NCBI GenBank assembly: GCA_036172245.1 | Contig: JAYWIR010000084.1 | Span: 186,001 to 250,000, forward strand | DNA: 64,000 bases | Source of the DNA: Raillietiella orientalis | Lineage: Eukaryota | Direction: 5' to 3' | Shown: piece by piece, positions 24,401 through 37,791 of the stretch | Position numbering within the stretch: the first letter of the stretch is position 1 | Layout of the letters: the number at the start of each line of letters is the position of its first letter | Notes under the pieces: generated by a model | The model's database searches: none | What the model was told of the DNA's origin: nothing | What the model saw: the letters and a program-made list of their open reading frames with translations, nothing else | Position numbers and translations under genes: made by a program

Positions 24401-27150
24401 GCGGAGTACAAGGCGAGGGCCGAGCGCCAGGTCTGGCAGTCCGGAGCAGCATGGCTGTTGGACGAAAAGGGCCAGGAATGTTCGGCCCCAGCCGAAGTAC
24501 GCCGCATTGTAAGACGCTACTACTCCTCGCTGTACGCGGAAACCCCGACGGAGGATATTCTCTCTGAGATACTTCTGTCGCAGGATGCTCCTGTCGTCGG
24601 CGTGCAGGAACGCGGAAGTCAGAACGAGCTCTTCACGGCGGATGAATTCTCGTCCGTTATTGCTGGGCTGAAGAGACGAAAGGCGCCAGGCGAGGATGGG
24701 CTCCCTGCAGAGTTTTATCAGTGCTTTGCAGTGGAGCTCATTCCCTTGATGCTGAAACTCGCGACGCTGATGAGTGAATCCGGGAATGTCCCTGATTCCT
24801 TCCGATCAGCGAAGGTGCGTCTCCTGCCGAAAGGCGGAGACTTGCGCCAACTTAACAACTGGCGTCCGATCACCTTGGTGAACTCGGACGTCAAGTTGTT
24901 TTCCTAGCTGTGGGTCGCGCGGTTAGGAAGAATCGCGGAATCTGTGGTGAGCCCGGAACAAACCTACGCGGTTCCGGGACGATCCATGGAGGCGAACATC
25001 CTTTTCGCGCGTACATGGATGTAGCTGCAGGAAGTTGTGGCGCAGCAAAGCCAGGCTGCTGCGAAAGTCACTGCCGCAGGCAAAAAGAACAGGCGCCGAC
25101 GGCAGGAGGGAACGCCAGGTGCCTTGGCGGTCGCGGTCGATCTCCACAAGGCGTTCTACTGCGTAAACCAGAAGCTGCTTTTGGAGCTTATGGAACGCCT
25201 TGGGTTCCCGGCGCAACTCCTGCTGTATTTGCGCGCGTGCTGGCGCCACGCGCTAACCTGCATCACTTTTAGCGGCTGCCGCGTGTATGGTATTCCCGTT
25301 CGTAGGGGCATCCGACAGGGCGACAGCTTAAGCCCGTTGCTCTTCAGCATCTTCTTTGAGTTGGTGCTAAGAGCATACAGGCTGACGCTGTCGCACTTGC
25401 CAAGCTCCTGCCCGGGAACGCCTGCCGTGGCCGCCTACGCTGATGACCTGCTTCTTCTGCTCCCCATGTCCACCCCGGCGTCCAGTGTCGAGGATTTCTT
25501 CGACCTGATTCCTCGGGGAGCAGGCATGAGCGTGAACAGAGAGAAGAGCGTTGTCGTTCCTGTGGGAACGTCGTGGGAGGGGCAGTCCGACTGGATCCGC
25601 CTGGGGATCCCCACGGGCGGGTACTTTAAGTACCTTGGCGTTCCGTTGGGCGCTTTCGGCGCAGCCGAAGCGTGGTCGGACTGTCTTCAGAAAGCAGAGT
25701 TGGCCATCAGCCCGTTCTTTAACGGCAAGTTTACCTTGCAGGAACGGGCGACTATTTGGAACACCTTTGTGGCCCCCCTCCTCCGTCCCATGTTTTTTGT
25801 TTTGGACCCCCCCTATGCGGCAAAACAGCGGGCTAAGCGCCTGCTCAGGAACGCTCTCTGGGGTCCGGCGAGATCCAGGATCCGCCTTAAAAATTTGTTA
25901 GCTCCGCGTTGGGATGCTGGTTTGGGTATCTTGACAATGGAGCGAATCGGACTGTAGGTGCAGTTCCGACTGATGGCACTGTGTGCCCAGCTATGGACGT
26001 CCCCCATGTGTGTGCCAGCCCGCATTCTCCTGCGGAGATGCGCCGGCAGCGGAGGATTTCTCTCGCTTTTGCCGGGCACTCAATACAGAAAGCGGGGTTT
26101 CGGGTTTCCATTGCGGCAGTTGACCGCACTTCTGGAAGCACACTCGTGGATCTCCTGCCGCCCAATGAACTTTGAAGCTTGGCAGCAGGAGTCTGTTGAA
26201 TCCTGGGCGGCGTTCCAAGGAATACGCCCTGGAGATCTTCGCCCCATGCGCCAATTTTTCCCATGATCCTTGGAAGAAGTACTGCAGGACGAGGTGAAGT
26301 TTTCTACCCTGGCTGCCACGCCTCTTGCCGCAGCGCTGTCTGCCCTCAGGGCAAGAAACGACAGTTACCAACCGGCGAGGTGTGAGGTTTCCTGCACGAT
26401 AGCGGGAAGAACCAAACTCCTTGGCACCTGGAAGACAAGTGAGTTGGCGGACGCCGCCACTCCTCGTGCTACTGCAAAGGGACTTCTCCGGTGGGCAGAA
26501 GAACTTGCTGTCACCCCCGAAGAACTTGTAGTCCCTCCACAGTGTATGGACAGTTCGCTGCTCCCCCTTGCTTGGAAACAAGCCGTGCTGCTTTTCGTTC
26601 ACTGGGGTTTTCAGTGCAACGAGCGTTGGCATCGAGACTCCGGGGGACTTGCAACTGCCAGCTGCGTTCGGTGCTGGTCGACGGAGTCGATGCCGCACCT
26701 ACTTCTGGACTGCGGTGTCCTACAAGGGCTGTGGCGTGGGCTGGCAACAGCACTAATGCATCCCATGGACACCGCAAGAGACTTGCTGCGACGATTCTTC
26801 TCGCCGAGGGGGCTGTCCCTAAGCGCAAGGATTGCAAGCATCGGTTGCATACGCGCGATAGTTTCCATCTGCCAGGCGTTGGTAATCAACGGAGAGCACC
26901 AAGAGGTAATCAGCAAAGCATCCTTCTACATGGGAGCAGTCGCTAGATAGCCTCATTTGACAGAGGAGTCAAAAAGGAATCTCGCCGAAATACACCGCCG
27001 GTTTACACACGCTCAGTAACAGCCAACACGGTGATCATTGCCCTACCCTCCATAAACTAATTTTGTATTTTCTTTTTACACCCGCGTCCCTATAGGCTCC
27101 TGAACATTTCAGGTGCTCATCGTTTAAATCCCCGTAAGTACGGAGCCTAA
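21403..27150 (+). mobile_element. Near full-length but disabled LINE copy E9 (~5.75 kb)
   Basis: 5' motif at 21410. ORF1 ~21482-23441 has knuckle remnants (CEGCGEEKHYPQKC, CRYCKQSGNNLKNC). TAATG at 23439-23443. ORF2 23441-27019 has EN, RT (AAYADD) and CVRCWSTESMPHLLLDC, broken by several stops. Confidence 0.93.
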
Positions 27151-27180
27151 CCAAAGACCCAACGGATGAATGAGGAGAAT

Positions 27181-28312
27181 GCGGCAAACCTTCGCCGGTG
27201 CCGCACGCGTTTTTGGTCAGCTCCCGTGAGCGAAACCAAGCCTAGTTGTTGTGTAGTTTGGAAGTGCGGCCGTTGGTAGGCAGAAATGCCTGAAGACGCC
27301 GCAGTACCTGCGACGGGAGACGTGAGACCCACGTCTCCCCAACCTATGGAGGTGGGGTCATGCCCCACCAGAAAATCAGCCCCCGCCACCCCGGCGAGGG
27401 CGTGGAACAAGGTGGCCGCGGTGGCTCCGCCGGACGTGGCCGCCGAAGTGCAGGCCTACATAAAGGAGGGCTACAACCCAGCGCTCCTTTACAAGGTAGG
27501 AAATCTTTATTCACCGCTTACAACGCGGAAATTTGGAAACGCCATCCGTAGGATGGGAATCTCTGACGAGGAGATTCTTTGCTTCTCGATTCGGAGCGGC
27601 GGGCAGTTCGCGGAGCTGATCTGCAAAGATGGAGCGCTCACACAAACTGCTCTGCACGCCCGTTCCGTTCGAAGGGCGGAAGCTCCTCCCACACACGGTG
27701 GATCACTCTATGGTGATCCAACTCACGGGTACAACGGTACGGATGACCGATGAAGCCATCCGCACTGAAATCAACAAATTTGCGGAGATATACGCGATGT
27801 GGTCAAAGCCCAACGTCTTCACTTATCGAGGCGCATTCAGTGAGCAAGTGGCCGCACGCGTAACTCTCCGCGAAAATAAAGAACTTCCCCACAAGCTTGA
27901 AGTCAACGACGAGCTCGTCGACCTTTGGTACGTGGGGAAGGAAAAATACTGTGGGCTGTGCAACAGATTCGGGCATCTTAAAAAGAGATGCCCGGTTGCC
28001 ACATGCCCAACCCGCGGCGCGAAGGGCCACACTAGTGCTGTGTGCCCGATAAACGCCGCGACAACGCCTTCAGCCCCTTCGACAAATGAGGGAAAGAAGG
28101 CATGAAACCAAAAAAAGAGCGACCAACAACCGACCTCAGAAGAAGTCGTGCACAAGGAGCAGCAGCCTCAAAAGGAGACTTCTAAGCCAACTGCCGACGA
28201 GGAAAACTGGAAAGTCGTGTCGAAAAAAAAAACAAAGGAAACACAAAAAAAAACAAAAACTCCAAAAAAAAATAATAATAATACAAATCAGAACGCGAGC
28301 GTTCCCAAAAAA
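27181..28312 (+). mobile_element. LINE copy E10: 5' UTR plus N-terminal ORF1
   Basis: GCACGCGTTTT at 27203, ATG at 27286, and CGLCNRFGHLKKRC. Same subfamily as E5. Confidence 0.9.
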
Positions 28313-31300
28313 CCCGCGGGGATGGGGGCAGAAAAAAAATAAAATAAAAGAGAAAAACAAACCACAAAAAAAGTTCGCAGGGCCGGGAAGGGATCACAGA
28401 AAACTGCTAGGTGGACCCCTTTTTTGCAGGATGCCTTCTAGTTTTATTTTCAGTTTTCCTAGATGGGGCCATCGGGTAGCTCTCTGCAGCAAGCGAGAAG
28501 CATACTCGATGACGTCCCTTACCATGCAGTCTTCATCTTTGACATCACTCCAGGCCGCCACGATACCACGAATGCACCAAAGTGTTGCCAGGGCTGCGGC
28601 TGGACTGAGGGCGTCCCGCACGAAGACAAGACTGTAGACACATCCAACATTGCCACCATCAGGTATTGCAAGGGCCCTTTTAAGACGATACCCAAGAATC
28701 CGGACGGCAGGGCATTCAACTAAGAGGTGGGGGAGCGACTCCCGCTCCCCACACCTGGCACACGCAGGATTTGCTATTCCCCGCGTCCAATGGAAGCGAC
28801 GCGCGTTGCAGGGTAGACCCCAATGCAGCCACAGAAGCGCCGATTCTTGCCACTTCAGTAAAGAAGAATCCTGGATCCAAGTAGAACCGGGGGCCACTTC
28901 AGATCATCCAATCGAATGCCGAGCACTTCGCTCCATCTTCTTAATCCACGCGGCTGAAGACTAGGGGTCGTTGCATCTGTCAACTCTCCCATGGTCCAGA
29001 AGCTCATCATCTTCTCTCTGCCTGCGATACGGCAGCAGACTTGCCACCTTAGCTTCCGGCTTTCGTGAAGCGCCCTTTGGAGGAAGGGCATCGCCGTAAC
29101 AAGAGGTGTGCTTTCCGTCCGCGAGTAACTCGGTGGAAATTCAAGAATTTCACGGAGAGTTCGGCAGGCGTAAAAGCCGACTCGCAGGCAGCTCATCCGG
29201 TCTTCGCACCTCTGGTTCTGCTTGGCCAAGGTGCTAGCAGTCTCTTCCAGCCTGATAAAGGAGTTAGCAGGTCCACAAACCATCCAGTCGTTCCCCTTTG
29301 CCAGGGTTGCAATGCGGCCGAGCAGTAGACCGCATCTTCGAATCTTCCGGCCAGGGCACAGAAGAAACGATGCGAGTCCTTCGCAGCGGGACACACGCCT
29401 GGCCAGGAGGCGGGCCGGAATGCACCGAGCGGTGCTCCACATCTTCGCTGCGATGGCGAGGGTCCGCCATCGCAGCTGGATTTCCACGCGCTCCAGCGTC
29501 AGGATGCTGAGACCGCCGTCCCGACGCGGAGCGCACAAGTCCTTCAAAGGGACTCGGGGCCTCCCCTTGCCCCAAAGAGCTATGCGGAGGAGGTCCTTAG
29601 TCCGCTTTTTTGATTCCACGGGGGCGGGGCAAACAAAAAGCAAGGGGCGGAGGATGGGGGCCGCGAAGGCGTTCCAAACCGCGGCCCGTTCCGGCAAGTG
29701 AAACTTGCCTTCCAGGAACGGGCCGATCGCCGTCTCGACTTTTTGGAGGCAGCTGGACCACGCTTCCGCAGGGGAGAAGTCCCCCAACGGCACACCGAGG
29801 TACTTGATGCACCTCACCGTGGGGATCCCCAGACGGACCCAGTCCTGCTGCCCTGCGCACGTCGCTCCAACTGGCAACACTGACGACTTCGCCCTGTTAA
29901 CCTGTAATCCGGCCCCACGGCTAAGCAGGTCGAAGAAATCTCCGACCGCCTTCGCCGGGGTGGACATAGGTAAGAGGACAGAAGATCGTCGGCATACGCC
30001 GCTACGGCTGGCGTGCCGGGGCACGAGCTCGGGAAGGGGGCCAAAGTCACCCTGTACGCTCTCAGCACCAACTTAAAGTAGGTGCTAGAGAGCAGGGGAC
30101 TGAGACTATCTATCTGCCGTATGCCCGCCGCACCGGCACGCCATACACCTTTTGACTACTGAAAAGGATCGAAATGATAGCGTTCCGCCAGCAAGATCGC
30201 AGGTAGGAAATCAAGGGGGGTGGGAAACCCATGCGACCCAGGAGCTCCAAGAGGAGTTCCTACACAGTTGAACGCCGTATGGAGATTGACTGCGATCGCT
30301 AGGGCTCTCTTCCCCGCCTTGGGTTCCCTTTCCAGCCCCGCTGGCGGCCCCAATGTGGGGTTGCCGATTTTCCCTTTCGCTTTCTTCTCTCTCCTCTGCA
30401 GGTGCATCCACGTGCTTGCGAAGAAGAGGTTGGCGACCATACTTCGCCTAAAACAGCTTAGGTCTGCTCCGTGCTAATTATGGACTCTGCCACCTGCCCC
30501 AAACGCGAAGCTCATAGCCCAGCTAGCAACTTGGCGTCCGTGTTCACGATGGTGATCGGACGCCAGTTGTTCAATTCGCTGAGGTCTCCCCCTTTCGGGA
30601 GGAGCCTCTCTCTGGCTGACCGAAACGAGGCGCGAACATCGCCTTCGTCTCGGATCAGCCTTGTCAACACGAGCACCAGGGGGGCCAGCTCTTCCGCGAA
30701 GCACTGAAAGAACTCCGCGGGCAAGCCGTCCTCCCCTGGCGCCTTCCTCCTCTTAAGCCCTTTCATCGCGGTGACGATTTCACCGGTTGTAAAAGGCTCG
30801 TCAAGGCTTCCTTTCTCTTCCTTTTTTATGACCGGAGCTCCTTCCGGGAGCAATGGTAATGGCTCCTGCTAAAACGGGAAGTGCTAGAATTAGTAAGATG
30901 GTGGTAATAAGGATTGATCATGGAAGGAGGAGTGTTTGTGAGAGAGATATGTATGAAGGTCGTATATTGATGATTGTGGTGGTGAAGTTTATTGCTCTTA
31001 GGATGGATGAGATTTCGGCTAAATGGAGGGAGAAGATGGTTAAATCAATTCTTATGGACGGTCTAAATGGGGTTATAGTAAGGGGAGGATATAGATTTCA
31101 ACCTGCTCTTGGTCCTTTTAATGTAGGATTCTGAGGAGTGGTATGGAGAAGGCTGGGTGTAGCAGTCGCTAAACGTCCTGCTCGGGAGGCGCCCTGGCAT
31201 ACAGGGAGGAATAAAATTTTCTCAGCATGTGTCGAATCGCTGACGGGGCCGAGATTTCGCGGTCCTGGTCGTCCAGCAAGGTGGGCGGCTTGGACTGCCA

Positions 31301-31844
31301 AGCTTGGCGCTCAGCCCCGGCTGAATAGTCGGCCAGGAGGCGGACGTTGAAGGTTCTCGCGTAACGACGTGCGTATAGATAAGCCCTTTCGTTGCGAGTT
31401 CCTTCAACAAACCTGGAGGGTAGGCGCCTTAGGGGGAACTCCTCACAGAACTCGCGCACCAAACGCTTGAAGACTCCGAAGTCCTCGCGATTCCGGAGAG
31501 TGACGCTTCTCAGAATTTGGCGGAAATGATCCGCCGCACCTGGAAGCCTCGTCCAATCCCCCGGTAGACGCAACGCCCTGGATGGGAATCCTTTATTGAG
31601 TGGCCAGACATCGAACATCAGACGGAAATGGTAGGACAGCGTCGACAGGAGTCTTCCTCTTATACCGACTCGACTGGACATGTCGTAATCGAGAAAAACG
31701 TGGTCGATGCTGTTCTACATTTCCGGGTGTCCCCCATTAAGTTGCGTGAGCGCATGGCGGAGCACAACTCGATCGGCGCGTTCTTTTACGTGCAGCACAC
31801 ACCTGAGAGCAGGCGGAGGTTAAGGTCCCCGGCTATCAGGTGGG
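28313..31844 (-). mobile_element. LINE copy E11, apparently chimeric: 3' part matches 38924-39382, 5' part matches E8
   Basis: ORF2 C-terminus, RT and EN as in E8. The 3' UTR lacks its terminal ~140 nt relative to 53541-53690. Confidence 0.9.
30853..31160 (-). pseudogene. cox1: NUMT: mitochondrial cox1 fragment (copy 2, frame better preserved)
   Basis: AGW(TGA)[60 protein letters not shown](TGA)SILITTILLILALPVLAGAITM. Confidence 0.95.
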
Positions 31845-32014
31845 CAAACCTGCGCAGCCGTCGCACGCGTTTTTGGTGAGCTCCCGCGAGCGTATACGTG
31901 CCCTGCAGCAGCCACAGGCGCGGAGAACGCACTGCGTTCTTCGGAGCCCTGCGGCGAGACTGGTTGGCCGAAGCAGGCGTGTGGCGGGCGCACCTAATAG
32001 CGGGAGACTTCAAT

Positions 32015-35000
32015 CGAGTACGGACGTGTTTTTCTTCGCTCTCGTCTCCTGGCTTTCAACCGCTTCATCCTGGTGTCGTGCATTTTGACGACGATGTCGA
32101 CCCGACCCGAAGCTACTGAAGTTGGAGGAACAGAATCCGGATCTGCAAACGCGGAACCGACGGCCGCCTCCACTTCGTCTTGATCGTCAATGGCTACAAG
32201 TTTTGCTGACAGTTGCTGCAGCAACAGCCGTCAAGGGGGTACCACCCAAAGAGGCGGAGGTGCAGGCCTACGTAGCCCGGGGTTACAATCCCGCACTCCG
32301 CTACCAGGTCAGTGAATTTCTCTCTGTTCGCGACGGTAATCAGTTCAACGATGAACTGACCCGTGTTGGCGTGCGGGAGGAAGACCTTCTGGCCATTATG
32401 CCCATCAAAAGCTTGGGATATTCCAAAGTGCGCTGCAAAGACGCGGCTGTTGTGCAACGCGTGCTACACACTCCTTTGTCCATCTGTGGTAAGAAGGTCT
32501 TCCCGTCTACCCTTGATGAGTCGTTCGTGACGGAGCTTTACGGCATCGAACCGGAAACTTCCTACCGTCAATTGCGGAATATGTTAGAGAAATTCGCCAC
32601 GGTCCATGCTCTGTGGAATGTTGGAAGCACCCTTAAGGACTTCCCATCCATCGTCAGCGGTAGTGCCGCGGTTCGACTAACCATGCCGAACCGCCGGCTT
32701 CTACCCTCTAAGCTGCAGGTAAACGACAAGGTCAGTCACCTGTGGCATGCAGCCAAGCCTCGAGTATGCGAGGGATGCGGCGAAGAGAAGCATTATCCAC
32801 AAAAGTGCCCTTCTGGTAAATGCCGCTATTGCAAGCAATCCGGAAACAACCTGAAGAATTGCCAGGACATTGCTAGAAAAAAGGCAGCCGCAAAGCATCA
32901 ACGCGCGAAATACGTCGCGAAAAACAGAAACGCGGCAGAGGAAAAACAGTGCGCACGGGCTAATTCTCGTTCCGATGCGAAGCGAAATGCCGAACAACAG
33001 CAGAGGTCACCAACGTTGAAGCCCCTTGCGTCCCACTTAGCGGCAGGTAAGCTGCAAAAAAAATAACGCAGGAGCTCAAAGGACGACTCCAGAGCTCGTG
33101 TCAACGATCGAGGAACCGCGGTTTCAACCCAGGGCCAAACGAAGGCCAAGGGAAACGAACCTCTAAACGGCGATCGCGGTCAAGTGGAAAATAAACATTC
33201 CACGATCTTGCCCCCTTCAAAGCCGAAAAAGCTTAATGGCCAAAAAAGGAAGGAGGCCTTCGTTACGGATTGGGAAACCAGAAGAAATAATCGCTTGCCT
33301 AGCGGCAGCACCTTGTCAGCGGAGAAACGCTTTCCGTGCGCACGATCGGAGAGCAAGCTCCCGACTGACAGGGATGCGACCCCGACGGAGACGACAACGC
33401 CGGTCGCGCACGCAGTGCCGCTGACGGGCGAGGAGTTAACCTCAGGGGTTCTCCCAGCGCAACAGATCGCGTCCCAATACGGCGAGAACGAGTGGACGGT
33501 GGTGGAGAAAAGCGGTAAGAAAAAAGCTCCAAAAAACGATCCACAGCATCCGTCGAAAGCTCTCCTGAAGGCGAGGAACTATCGAGTGATGAAAAAGACT
33601 CGCGCAAAAGTTCCTCGTGCAATATCGCGCTCTGATGCTGACATCGCGGGAGCTGTAAAAACAGCCTCCGAAAAAAGCGATGCCACATTACCAAAGAGCG
33701 CAAAAACGATCGCTGTCGAACGAAAAGACAGCTGTTGCTTTTCGCGTGCCGCGAAGAGTGAGTCACGCGAACGCCATACGGACTCCGCATCGGAGAACGA
33801 CCCGATTTCCGAACGTCGAGTAACTCGTTCGGAAACGGAAACGCGTTGCGTAAAAGCCGGCAGGCGGGAGATCCCCGCCGCGAAGCAGCTTGAGACCCCC
33901 CCAAAATCCGAGAAGCAGAAACATGGGGAGGGAACCTCAACTGCATGCAGCACGACGGAGGACGGTGGCGATCGTCCCCTCCAGCCGGTCGTGCTGCTCG
34001 CCGTTCGCTCGCCGGATAAAGCGAGCAAAAAGCCGCAGCCTTCCCAGCAGTAATGCGTGGAATCGCATCTTCTCGTCGTCTGTCCGTCGCGTGTTGGAAC
34101 GTGAACGGACTGCAGAACGACGAGAAGAGGCGGTTAGTAGCCAACGCCCTGCGCCCCTTCGACCTCGCGCACCTGCAGGAGATTCACGTAATCTCCGACG
34201 AGCAGGCAGCCGAAATCGAGGAGCGCGCAGGCGGAACGCTACATTGGCGGTGCGGCGGCACACACACGTGCGGCGTCGCGTTCCTCGTAAGAGGAAAAAT
34301 GGCGGAAGCTATGCGTGGTGTTCGTTCCGACGACGAAAAAAGGGTAGGCCAACTTGTCATCAAGTGGTCCGAGTCCATCGATCTCGTCGTTACGAACGTC
34401 TACGCGCCGAGTGGCTCTCGCTACTTCGAAGAAAGAGTAGCTTTCTTTGGTGAGGTGCGGATTCACTGGCTCAACAACTCCGGCCCCTAAGTGGCGCACC
34501 TCGTCGCGGGGGACTTAAACGTCCGCCTGCTCTCCGACGATTAAAGCCGCCCCAGGGAGCGCGCGCTGCCCATCGAGATGTGCGCGTCGGGGCACCCCGC
34601 CAACTTCATGGTCAGAGAACCTGGAATAGAAAGATCGCTCGATCACGTTTTCCTCGCTGAAAATCTGCATTCGCCTGTGGGTAGGAGAAGAAGATTGTTC
34701 AATGGGCTTTCTGACTATCACAGGTTGGAGTTTGAGCTCCTTCCGCCAGGCAAGGGGCATCCGTTGCAAAACCGGAGGATGCCGGCGAATTGGCTTAGCA
34801 TTCCGGAGGCTGCGGAGCACCGCCGTAAATATCTCCGAGGCTTCGCCATTCAAGAACTCGCGGACTGGGACGATCTCAAAAGATGTGTGCGCGAGTTCTG
34901 CTGCCAATTCCCCCTGCACCGGCTTCCACGCGGTTTCGGAGAAGGCGTGGCCAACAGAAGAGACTTTGTGCAGGCTCGCACGTTTTCCAAACGCGCGGAT

Positions 35001-37761
35001 GTCAGGCGTCTCGCGGAGTACAAGGCGAGGGCCGAGCGCCAGGTCTGGCAGTCCGGAGCAGCATGGCTGTTGGACGAAAAGGGCCAGGAATGTTCGGCCC
35101 CAGCCGAAGTACGCCGCATTGTAAGACGCTACTACTCCTCGCTGTACGCGGAAACCCCGACGGAGGATATTCTCTCTGAGATACTTCTGTCGCAGGATGC
35201 TCCTGTCGTCGGCGTGCAGGAACGCGGAAGTCAGAACGAGCTCTTCACGGCGGATGAATTCTCGTCCGTTATTGCTGGGCTGAAGAGACGAAAGGCGCCA
35301 GGCGAGGATGGGCTCCCTGCAGAGTTTTATCAGTGCTTTGCAGTGGAGCTCATTCCCTTGATGCTGAAACTCGCGACGCTGATGAGTGAATCCGGGAATG
35401 TCCCGGATTCCTTCCGCTCAGCGAAGGTGCGTCTCCTGCCGAAAGGCGGAGACTTGCGTCAACTTAACAACTGGCGTCCGATCACCTTGGTGAACTCGGA
35501 CGTCAAGTTGTTTTCCAAGCTGTGGGTGGAGCGATTATGAAGTATCGCGGAATCTTTGGTGAGCCCGGAACCAACCTACGCGGTTCCCGGACGATCCATG
35601 GAGGCAAACATCCTTTTCGCGCGTAGCTATATGGAGCTGCAGGAAGTCGTTGCGCAGCAAAGCCTGGCTGAGGCGAAAGTCGCATGCGCAGGCAAGGAAA
35701 ACAGGCGTCGAAGGCAGGAGAGAACGCCAGGTGCCTTGGCGGTCGTAGTCGTCCTCCACAAGGCCTTCGACTGCGTAAACCAATGGCTCTTCTTGGTGCT
35801 TCTGGAACGTCTTGGATTTCCGGCGCATATCCTGCTTTACTTGCGCGCTTGCTGGCGCCACGCGCTAACCTGTATTTCATTCAGCGGCTGCAGCGTGTAC
35901 GGTATTCCCGTGCTCAGAGGCATTCGGCAAGGTAATAGCTTGAGCCCGTTACTCTTTAGCATCTTCTTTGAGTTGGTGCTGAGAGCGTACAGGCTGATGC
36001 TGTCTCACTTGCCAAGCTCCTGCCCGGGAACGCCTGCCATATCAGCCTACGCTGATGACCAGCTTCTTCTGCTCCCCATGTCTACCCGGGCGTCGAGTGT
36101 CGAAAATTTCTTCGACCTGGTTCGTCGTGGAGCGGGCGTGAGCGTGAACAGTTAGAAGAGAGTGGTCGCACCGGTGGGTGCGTCGTGGGAGGGGCAGTCA
36201 GACTGGATCCGCTGGGGATCCCCATTGACGGGTACTTTAAGTACCTTGTCGTTCCGTTGGGCGCTCTCGGCGCAGCCGAAGCGTGGTCGGACTGTCTTCA
36301 GAAAGCAGAGTTGGCCGTCAGCCCGTTCATCAACGGCAAGTTTACCTTGCAGGAACGGAAGACTATTTGGAACACCTTTGTGGCCCCCCTCCTCCGTCCC
36401 CTCTTTTTTGTTTTGGATCCCCCCTATGCGGCAAAACAGCCAGCTAAACGCATGCTTAGGAACGCTCTCTGGAGTCCGGCGAGATCCAGGATACGCCTTA
36501 AAGACTTGGCTGCTCCACGTCGGGATGTTGGTTTGGGTATCTCGACAATGGAGCGAATCGAACTGCAGGTGCAGTTCCTACTGCTGGCACTGTTTGCCCA
36601 GCTGTGGACATCCCCCCTTTGTGTGCCTGCACGCATTCTCCTGCGAAGATGCGCCGGCAGCGCAGGACTGCTCTCGCTTTTGCCGGGTACCCAATACAGG
36701 AAGCGAGGGTTTTGGCTTTCATTGCGGCAGTTGAGCGCACTTCTGGAAGCCCATTCGTGGATCTCCTGCTGCCCAATGAACTTCGAATCTTTCCGGCAGG
36801 AGACTGTTGAATCCTGGACAGCGTTCCAAGGAATGCGCCTTGAAGAACTTCGCCCGGTGCGCCATCTTCTTCCGCGATATTTGGAAGAAGTACTGCAGGA
36901 CGAGGTGAAGTTTTCTACCCTGGCTGCTACGCGTCTCCCCGCAGCGCTGTCTGCCTTCAAAAGAAGAAACGAGAAGTGCGAACCGGCAAGGTGTGAGGTT
37001 TCCTGCACGATAGCTGGGAAAACAAAACTCCTTGGCGCCTGGATGACGAGTGATTTGACGGACGCCGCAAATCCTCGTTGTACTTCAAAGGGAGTCCTCC
37101 GGTGGGCAGAAGAACTTGCTGTCACCCCCGACGAACTTGTAGTCCCTCCACAGTGTATTAACAATTCGCTGCTCCCCCTTGCTTGGAAACAAGCCGTGCT
37201 GCTTTTCGTTCACTGGGGTTTTCAGTGCAACGAGCGTTGGCATCGAGACTCCGGGGGACTTGCAACTGCCAGCTGCGTTCGGTGCTGGTCGACGGAGTCG
37301 ATGCCGCACCTACTTCTGGACTGCGGTGTCCTACAAGGGCTGTGGCGTGGGCTGGCAACAGCACTAATGCATCCCATGGACACCGCAAGAGACTTGCTGC
37401 GACGATTCTTCTCGCCGAGGGGGCTGTCCCTAAGCGCAAGGATTGCAAGCATCGGTTGCATACGCGCGATAGTTTCCATCTGCCAGGCGTTGGTAATCAA
37501 CGGAGAGCACCAAGAGGTAATCAGCAAAGCATCCTTCTACATGGGAGCAGTCGCTAGATAGCCTCATTTGACAGAGGAGTCAAAAAGGAATCTCGCCGAA
37601 ATACACCGCCGGTTTACACACGCTCAGTAACAGCCAACACGGTGATCATTGCCCTACCCTCCATAAACTAATTTTGTATTTTCTTTTTACACCCGCGTCC
37701 CTATAGGCTCCTGAACATTTCAGGTGCTCATCGTTTAAATCCCCGTAAGTACGGAGCCTAA
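32015..37761 (+). mobile_element. Duplicate of E9 (E9')
   Basis: Near-identical to 21403-27150 except for a diverged patch at ~35402-37165. Confidence 0.92.
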
Positions 37762-37791
37762 CCAAAGACCCAACGGATGAATGAGGAGAAT

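Noticed and set aside
21233..27232. Similar sequences on both sides of E9 as a target-site duplication or LTRs
   Set aside because: They are diverged 5' UTRs of another subfamily and are not flush with the E9 ends.
28220..28375. A-rich runs resembling poly(A) tails (also ~13465-13510 and 38830-38985)
   Set aside because: They are Lys-rich ORF1 coding sequence plus the reverse complement of a T-rich 3' UTR, not element tails.
30853..31160. Assigning the host species from the cox1 fragment
   Set aside because: The code usage indicates an invertebrate mitochondrion, but finer assignment needs a database search.
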